Positions 44,579-49,729 of a stretch of 49,729 nt of DNA are shown piece by piece; position 1 is the stretch's first letter, and each line of letters starts with the position of its first letter. A program made the translations under genes and the position numbers. The notes beneath the pieces were generated by a model. It was not told the origin of the DNA, did not search any database, and saw nothing but the letters and a program-made list of their open reading frames with translations. The stretch is from Candidatus Bathyarchaeota archaeon (GTDB lineage Archaea; Thermoproteota; Bathyarchaeia; Bathyarchaeales; Bathyarchaeaceae). The stretch spans positions 1,301,016 to 1,350,744 of the forward strand of contig CP070679.1 of the NCBI GenBank assembly GCA_020352535.1. The letters are read 5' to 3'.

Positions 44579-44737
44579 GTGTTTCGGAAAAAAGAGGTAT
44601 CCCTTAGACTCTGCTCATCCTGTGGTCACATGGTGACCATCAGCTATGAATGTTCAAAGTGCAAGCAGAGAGCTTGCATAATCTGTACCATCGAAGCAAG
44701 TTGGAGATGCCCGAATTGCGGCGCAGACCTGCTCTGA
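44579..44737 (+). CDS. Candidate 52-aa double zinc-ribbon micro-protein (8 Cys)
   Basis: GTG start preceded by GGAGAGGGTG. 'CSSCGH..(6)..CSKCKQRACIICT..(6)..CPNCG' gives four CxxC pairs. Below the track cutoff. Confidence 0.4.
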   Translation: MFRKKEVSLRLCSSCGHMVTISYECSKCKQRACIICTIEASWRCPNCGADLL

Positions 44738-44813
44738 AACACATTACTCAGAATCGGGAGGACTAAATCTGGAATACCGATTCAAGCGACTTGAGTACAA
44801 TGGCTTAAAGGGC

Positions 44814-45386
44814 GTGATTGGAGAACGCCTTGCACGAAGCTTCATACGAAACAAGCTTGCACCGAAACTTATCAAGAACGAGGGGTGGAGCCATGTTCTG
44901 CTAAGTAACAATGATTACAAAAATCACGCATGGATTTGGAATACTAAGTTGTTCGACTTTGACAACTTCAGAGAGGATTTCGTAGCTCATGGCTTCTATC
45001 CGTCGATGAAGCTGCTCTCGAAGTATACATTGGCTATAGGCATCCTCAACCAGAGCTACTGCACGCCTGACGGATTGCTACTGAAGCTGCGAGAAACTGG
45101 GGAAACAAAGAAACTGAAAGTACGCTCTTGGTCGCCCCTTTCAAGAGTACGCATTGAAAGGCCTAGAAAGCCAGGCAACATCTACGAGCTCCCTGCGGTT
45201 GAGGGTGACCTAGAAATTGTTGAAATCAAATGCGGTCGTCAGGCCAAACTCATGACTAGGCAGAAGGAAACCTACAACAACCTGATAGCAAAAGAGGTTC
45301 CCTTACGCATAATTAAAGTCCGAATTGTCTCCTTCGACCTCAACAGATACCTCGTGGAGGAACATAAATATGAAAGGTTCCTGTAA
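44814..45386 (+). CDS. PD-(D/E)xK nuclease-like protein (Hjc/VRR-NUC-like core with an insertion)
   Basis: 'GERLARSFIRNKL' (N-terminal Glu helix), 'TPDGLLLK' and 'LEIVEIKCGRQAKL..RQKETYNNL' fit the E...PD...(D/E)xK...Q arrangement. GTG start. 17-nt overlap with the polymerase gene. Confidence 0.5.
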   Translation: MIGERLARSFIRNKLAPKLIKNEGWSHVLLSNNDYKNHAWIWNTKLFDFDNFREDFVAHGFYPSMKLLSKYTLAIGILNQSYCTPDGLLLKLRETGETKKLKVRSWSPLSRVRIERPRKPGNIYELPAVEGDLEIVEIKCGRQAKLMTRQKETYNNLIAKEVPLRIIKVRIVSFDLNRYLVEEHKYERFL

Positions 45387-46458
45387 CAGGAACACACGAA
45401 TAATTCTTCACATCGATATGGACCACTTCTTCTCCGCCTGTGAAGAACGAGAGCATCCTGAATTAAAGGGCAACCCGGTTGTGGTAGGTGCAGAACCGAA
45501 GCAGGGAAGAGGTAGAGGTGTTGTTAAGACCTGTAATTATGAAGCCAGGGAGTTTGGCATACAGTCTGGCATGCCGATATCAACAGCTTGGAGGCTTTGC
45601 CCAAACGCTATCTATGTTCGGGGGAACTACAGGCTATACAAGAAAGTATCTGAAAGAATAATGGCAATTCTAAAGAAGTATTCTGAAAGGTTCCAGAGAT
45701 GGGGGCTCGATGAGGCTTTCCTCGATGTAAGCTTGATGACCAAAGACTTCGAAGAAGCCACCAAGCTTGCTGAAAGTATTAAACATGAAATTCTATGGAA
45801 TGAAGGAATCACCTGCTCTATAGGCATAGGGCCTAACAAACTTATAGCCAAGATTGCCAGCGGTCATGAAAAGCCTGACGGAATGACAGTAGTCAGAGAA
45901 GATGATGTAGAGAGGTTCCTAGCCCCTCTTCCAGTACAGAGAATTGTGGGAATTGGTGAAAAAACCACAGCCAAGCTACACGGCATGGGAATCAAGACTA
46001 TTGGTGATCTTGCAGCTTTCAGTGCCTCGATTCTTGCTCAGAAATTTGGCGCCATGGGAATGAGGTATCATCAGTATGCACTTGGATTATCTGAATCAGA
46101 TGTTGGAGAAAGAAGGGGAATAAGGAAGTCTATAGGACACGAGTGTACATTTGCGGTCGATACCGATGCTCGCGATGTTGTCTCTAGAAGACTAGTTGAC
46201 ATCTGCTGCAAAGTCTATCAAAGAGCCACCGAAAAGAACTTGCTCTTTAAAACAGTAACCGTGAAGGTTCGGTACAAGAACTTTCACACGTTCACGCATA
46301 GCAGGACTCTATCTTTTTTTACGAACAGCAGCCAGAATCTGCGGAAAACAGCTGAGGAATTGGCGCAAGATGCCCTTTCGGGCAAGGAGAAGGTTAGGTT
46401 GCTTGGAGTTCGTGTATCAAATCTCAAGCTTGCTAAAGGACAGAGGATTCTGATATGA
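45370..46458 (+). CDS. dinB: Y-family DNA polymerase IV (DinB/Dpo4-like)
   Basis: 'ILHIDMDHFFSACEEREHPELKGNPVVVG', 'SIDEAFLDV'-like 'GLDEAFLDVS', 'CSIGIGPNKLIAKIAS...KPDG' and 'GIGEKTTAKLHGMGIKTIGDL'. The ORF opens at 45325, but the conserved N-terminus begins at the ATG at 45370. Confidence 0.95.
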   Translation: MKGSCNRNTRIILHIDMDHFFSACEEREHPELKGNPVVVGAEPKQGRGRGVVKTCNYEAREFGIQSGMPISTAWRLCPNAIYVRGNYRLYKKVSERIMAILKKYSERFQRWGLDEAFLDVSLMTKDFEEATKLAESIKHEILWNEGITCSIGIGPNKLIAKIASGHEKPDGMTVVREDDVERFLAPLPVQRIVGIGEKTTAKLHGMGIKTIGDLAAFSASILAQKFGAMGMRYHQYALGLSESDVGERRGIRKSIGHECTFAVDTDARDVVSRRLVDICCKVYQRATEKNLLFKTVTVKVRYKNFHTFTHSRTLSFFTNSSQNLRKTAEELAQDALSGKEKVRLLGVRVSNLKLAKGQRILI

Positions 46459-46517
46459 TCTCTGGATTTCTGCTAGGGCTCAATCTTGATGGAGATTGGT
46501 TGTGAACAGAGTAAGGC

Positions 46518-47060
46518 CTAGTCAGAGAGGGACCTAAGATACAAGACAAAGTCCTCTGCGGCATTGTTCCTTGTGGTTTCCGTGTCTGCATCTATACCGA
46601 ACAGCAGTACTCCTGACCGCCAGAAAAATACGCTTCTATTATCCTTGTAGACTGTGAACCAATCATTCGTCTGGACTTTAGAAGAGGCCTCACCATACCA
46701 ATTAACGTCCTCGAGTATGGCAACGAGTGTGTCTGATGCTTCAGATGTAGAGTCTGCTTTGAATATATGCACAAAAATCCCATCATATGTAGCTCTGGTT
46801 CGCTCGACTTCAAAGATTCTAGTACCGGTGTCAACTGTCAGAGGTACTGTGAAATCACTTCCACCAATCATTGGCATGCCAGCTACAATCTGTGGTAGAA
46901 GCTCATAACTGGATGAATACGCGGCTGGACTAATCCCTGAGATGTCAACTGGTGGAGCAAACAGGCTTGGTAATATGACAAAAACGATCATACCTATGGT
47001 CAATGCAACAACTGCCAAGGCTGCAACCAGAGCTATGTGCTTCTTTTCCAAGCTAGGCAC
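46518..47060 (-). CDS. N-terminally membrane-anchored extracytoplasmic hypothetical protein
   Basis: GTG start. TM 'IALVAALAVVALTIGMIVFVILPSLF' followed by a ~150-aa soluble domain. No family recognised. Confidence 0.5.
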   Translation of the reverse strand: MPSLEKKHIALVAALAVVALTIGMIVFVILPSLFAPPVDISGISPAAYSSSYELLPQIVAGMPMIGGSDFTVPLTVDTGTRIFEVERTRATYDGIFVHIFKADSTSEASDTLVAILEDVNWYGEASSKVQTNDWFTVYKDNRSVFFWRSGVLLFGIDADTETTRNNAAEDFVLYLRSLSD

Positions 47061-47158
47061 AACCTGGCTCTACATGACCCGCCCTCAGATAATAATTTCG
47101 GTCCACTCTTGGATGAAGAGGTTTTAACAATTCCTGTAGACATGATACAAGCATCTGC

Positions 47159-47198
47159 TTGCACGCTGAAATCACACCAGCGTGCAATCTGATTTTTT
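47159..47198 (+). terminator. Perfect 10-bp hairpin followed by a T6 run (orphan terminator- or attenuator-like element)
   Basis: ttgcacgctg (47159-68) pairs with cagcgtgcaa (47178-87) across a 9-nt loop, then TTTTTT at 47193-98. It lies about 130 nt upstream of the sensor kinase gene. Confidence 0.4.
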
Positions 47199-47325
47199 CA
47201 TGTCGCATACAAGCGCAATCCTCATTCTTAGGAATGATTTCAGATTCATAATGTCTTTAATTGAGCTTGGCGAGATTCTGAACCGAGTCGTGAAGGCAAA
47301 GGTGAAGCAGTAGGGGCGTAGTCAG

Positions 47326-49560
47326 TTGGAAACGTGTGCTCTAGAACGTGGGGATGAAGTGGTTCTCAATCTCAAGGAGAGAGAAGAGGTTACAGTTTTG
47401 CATATCGACGATGAGCGTGAGTTCTTGCAGACTGCAAAACGATGCCTAGAACTAGAAGAGGGCTTCTCTGTGTATTCCGCATCATCAGTAGAGGAGGCTC
47501 TTGAGAGAATGAAAGAGCAAGATTTCGATGTGATAGTCTCAGATTATATGATGCCAAGTAAAAACGGGCTGGAATTCTTGCGGGAGCTAAGAGAAAATGG
47601 GAATGAAACACCTTTTATTGTCCTCACAGGCAAAGGCAGGGAGGAAGTAGCAATCAAGGCTCTGAATCTTGGAGCCGACCAGTATCTGAGTAAGTCAGGC
47701 AGCCCCAAAGCAGTCTATGGCGAGTTAGTACATAGTATACGACAAGCCGTGAAAAGAAGAAGGGCTGAGGAAAAGGTCATTCGTTCAGAGGAGCTGATGA
47801 GGTCACTGTTCAATGCAGCTGTCGATGGCATAGCCTATGTTGACCCGTCTGGGAAAATCCTTGCCGCAAATAAAAGGCTGGTGGAGGAGATGCTAGGGTA
47901 TGAGATCGAAGACACAATTGGTCGGGACTTCACCAAACTTGGGAGAATCGAATCCAGTGATCGCCCACATGTTCTTAATGCAATGAGGGAGGTTATCACC
48001 TCTGGGCAACCAATAGAGCACTTCGAAGTAACATTAATAGGGCAAGATGGTTCGCGAATCCCCACGGAAATCAGCACTGGAGTTTCGAGGGAGAACGGCG
48101 TAGTTACAGGTATAACAGCTGTGGTCAGAGATATTTCAGAACGGAAGAAAACCGAAAAGGCAGTTCGCGAAAACCAAGAGAAATTCCAGAAGCTGTTTGT
48201 ACATAGCCCTGAAGCGGCAGTTTATGTAGATTCGAACTATAAAATCACAGACATCAACCCACGCTTCTCAGACCTTTTCGGATACTCCTTGAATGAGATC
48301 AGAGGAAAAGAAATCGACGATGTTGTAGTTCCTGAGGGCAAGGAAGAAGAAGGAAAGATGCTAGGGCGTCGAGCCAGCGAAGGATACGTGTACTTCGATA
48401 CTGTCAGGAGGAGAAAGGATGGAACTCTTGTCCATGTTTCGATATCAGCTGCTCCAATTACAATTGGAGGGCAGCTCGTGGGTCATGTAGGATTATACAA
48501 AGACATTACAGCTCAGAAGAAGGCTGAAAGAGAACTGGAAGAAGCCAGAACTCATTTCCAGACTCTTTTCAATCTCATGGTCGATCCAGTAGCCATCGTA
48601 GACAAGAAAGGAAGAATCCTTGACATTACAAAGAGTGCCGTGGAGGCAACCGGGTTCAAGAAAGAAGAACTCATTGGGAAGAACTTTCTGAGGACAAGGA
48701 TAGCGACTACGAAGAGCAAAGCCCTCCTGGTAAAGAATTTGGCAAAACGAATGATGGGGATGCATATGGCCCCCTACGAAGTGGAGATGCTGACAAAGGA
48801 TGGAAGAAAATTGCCTTATGAAGTGAACGCACTAAAGATAGAGTACAAAGGCAAACCAGCAGACCTAGTTGTGTTCCGAGATGTTTCGGAGAGAAAGAAG
48901 ATGGAGGAGAAGCTGCGTGTCGTTGGAAAATTGACTAGGCATGATGTCCGAAACAAGCTATCAGTGATTACTGGGAATGCGTTCTTAGCTAGGAATAAGG
49001 TAGATAACCCTGAGACCTTGGGATACCTAGAGGATATTGAATTCGCTTGTCAGCAAATCGAAGGAATCTTTGATTTTGCTAGGGCGTATGAAAGGCTGGG
49101 CGTTGAAAAATCATCGTACATGAACGTTGAGAGAACATTCAGTGAAGCTGCAGCGTTATTCCCGAATCTGAGTGGCATCGAGGTTATCAGGAATTGCCCT
49201 CAATTAACAGTTCTCGCAGATTCATTGCTTCGCCAGGTTTTCTATAACCTGATAGACAATTCAATAAGGTATGGAGAAAGGGTTAGTCAAATACAGATGT
49301 ATTGTGCGGAGAGAGCAGATGAGATAGAATTGATATACGAAGATAATGGTATCGGCGTGGCCGACACCGAGAAGGAGAAAATCTTCGCTGAAGGCTACGG
49401 AAAGGGGACAGGTTACGGATTGTATTTGATAAAGAAGGTATGCGGAGTATATGGCTGGACTATCGAAGAAACGGGCGAAGAGGGCAAAGGAGCTCAATTC
49501 ACCATGACTATTCCTAAAAACAGCGAGAAAGGAGCAGAAGGGTACCGTCTGCGCTCCTAA
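47326..49560 (+). CDS. Hybrid signal-transduction protein: receiver (REC) + 3 PAS domains + histidine kinase
   Basis: REC 'VLHIDDE...DVIVSDYMMPSKNGLEFL...PFIVLTGKG....ALNLGADQYLSK'. Three PAS blocks each end in '..RDISERKK', 'KDITAQKKAE' or 'RDVSERKKME'. H-box 'LTRHDVRNKL', N-box 'NLIDNSIRYG', G-boxes 'DNGIGV' and 'GTGYGL'. The TTG start is uncertain. Confidence 0.85.
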   Translation: METCALERGDEVVLNLKEREEVTVLHIDDEREFLQTAKRCLELEEGFSVYSASSVEEALERMKEQDFDVIVSDYMMPSKNGLEFLRELRENGNETPFIVLTGKGREEVAIKALNLGADQYLSKSGSPKAVYGELVHSIRQAVKRRRAEEKVIRSEELMRSLFNAAVDGIAYVDPSGKILAANKRLVEEMLGYEIEDTIGRDFTKLGRIESSDRPHVLNAMREVITSGQPIEHFEVTLIGQDGSRIPTEISTGVSRENGVVTGITAVVRDISERKKTEKAVRENQEKFQKLFVHSPEAAVYVDSNYKITDINPRFSDLFGYSLNEIRGKEIDDVVVPEGKEEEGKMLGRRASEGYVYFDTVRRRKDGTLVHVSISAAPITIGGQLVGHVGLYKDITAQKKAERELEEARTHFQTLFNLMVDPVAIVDKKGRILDITKSAVEATGFKKEELIGKNFLRTRIATTKSKALLVKNLAKRMMGMHMAPYEVEMLTKDGRKLPYEVNALKIEYKGKPADLVVFRDVSERKKMEEKLRVVGKLTRHDVRNKLSVITGNAFLARNKVDNPETLGYLEDIEFACQQIEGIFDFARAYERLGVEKSSYMNVERTFSEAAALFPNLSGIEVIRNCPQLTVLADSLLRQVFYNLIDNSIRYGERVSQIQMYCAERADEIELIYEDNGIGVADTEKEKIFAEGYGKGTGYGLYLIKKVCGVYGWTIEETGEEGKGAQFTMTIPKNSEKGAEGYRLRS

Positions 49561-49672
49561 GTAAAAGCTTCGATTCCAGCCCCACGATGGCTAATTAACG
49601 AGAGAGGGTTCACTTAAAAAGGGTTTATATTCACGTCGGAATACCTTTCCCATAAACCTCGGTGGGATAGTC

Positions 49673-49729
49673 TTGAATTTTGAGTTGAACGCAGAACAAA
49701 AGATGATTGTTGACACTGCCTCTGACATT
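49673..49729 (+). CDS. 5' end of an acyl-CoA dehydrogenase-like gene (partial)
   Basis: TTG start. 'MNFELNAEQKMIVDTASDI' matches the common ACAD N-terminus (F.L.eEq.mi.dt). The ORF runs off the window. Confidence 0.4.
   Translation, partial: MNFELNAEQKMIVDTASDI

Noticed and set aside
1-49729. tRNA, rRNA, SRP RNA, RNase P RNA, transposase or integrase genes, prophage or IS boundaries
   Set aside because: I scanned the intergenic regions by eye for T-loop (GTTCGAATC-like) sequences, conserved RNase P/SRP motifs and terminal inverted repeats and found none. A covariance-model search (tRNAscan-SE or Infernal) would be needed to be definitive.

Overview
Archaeal chromosomal segment, about 50 kb, densely coded with roughly 55-60 genes. 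I found no rRNA, tRNA, CRISPR array or obvious mobile element.

The backbone is housekeeping:
- a truncated ribosomal-protein cluster (uL3-uL4-uL23-uL2-uS19) converging on eS31/S27ae;
- the classical archaeal proteasome/exosome superoperon (psmA-SBDS-rrp4-rrp41-rrp42-rpl37ae-pcc1-pfdB);
- an Sm-like protein, a SPOUT methyltransferase, PGI/PMI, an ECF transporter energising module, and canonical smc-scpA-scpB.

Five blocks look more accessory:
1. A second, compact three-gene SMC-type operon (9613-13028, minus strand). Its ATPase head, kleisin-like and tandem winged-helix proteins look like SMC5/6, Nse4 and Nse3/MAGE rather than Smc-ScpAB. I consider this the most interesting system in the window.
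2. A secreted module: a protein with five CarboxypepD_reg-like repeats plus a cohesin-like domain, and two divergent S8 subtilases.
3. A CoA-ester cluster: a 2-hydroxyacyl-CoA-dehydratase-like pair, two AMP-forming CoA ligases, a KPR-family reductase, Lrp and a Cys-rich protein. No activator ATPase is visible.
4. Three tandem zinc-ribbon micro-ORFs, then a PD-(D/E)xK nuclease-like gene translationally coupled to a Y-family polymerase.
5. A 0.5-kb non-coding island packed with TGTCCC/TTATCCC motifs and C5/G5 tracts that can form stacked GC hairpins or G-quadruplexes.

All functional calls rest on motif recognition by eye and on family patterns recalled from memory. No database search was run. 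Start codons are often GTG or TTG and several are uncertain.
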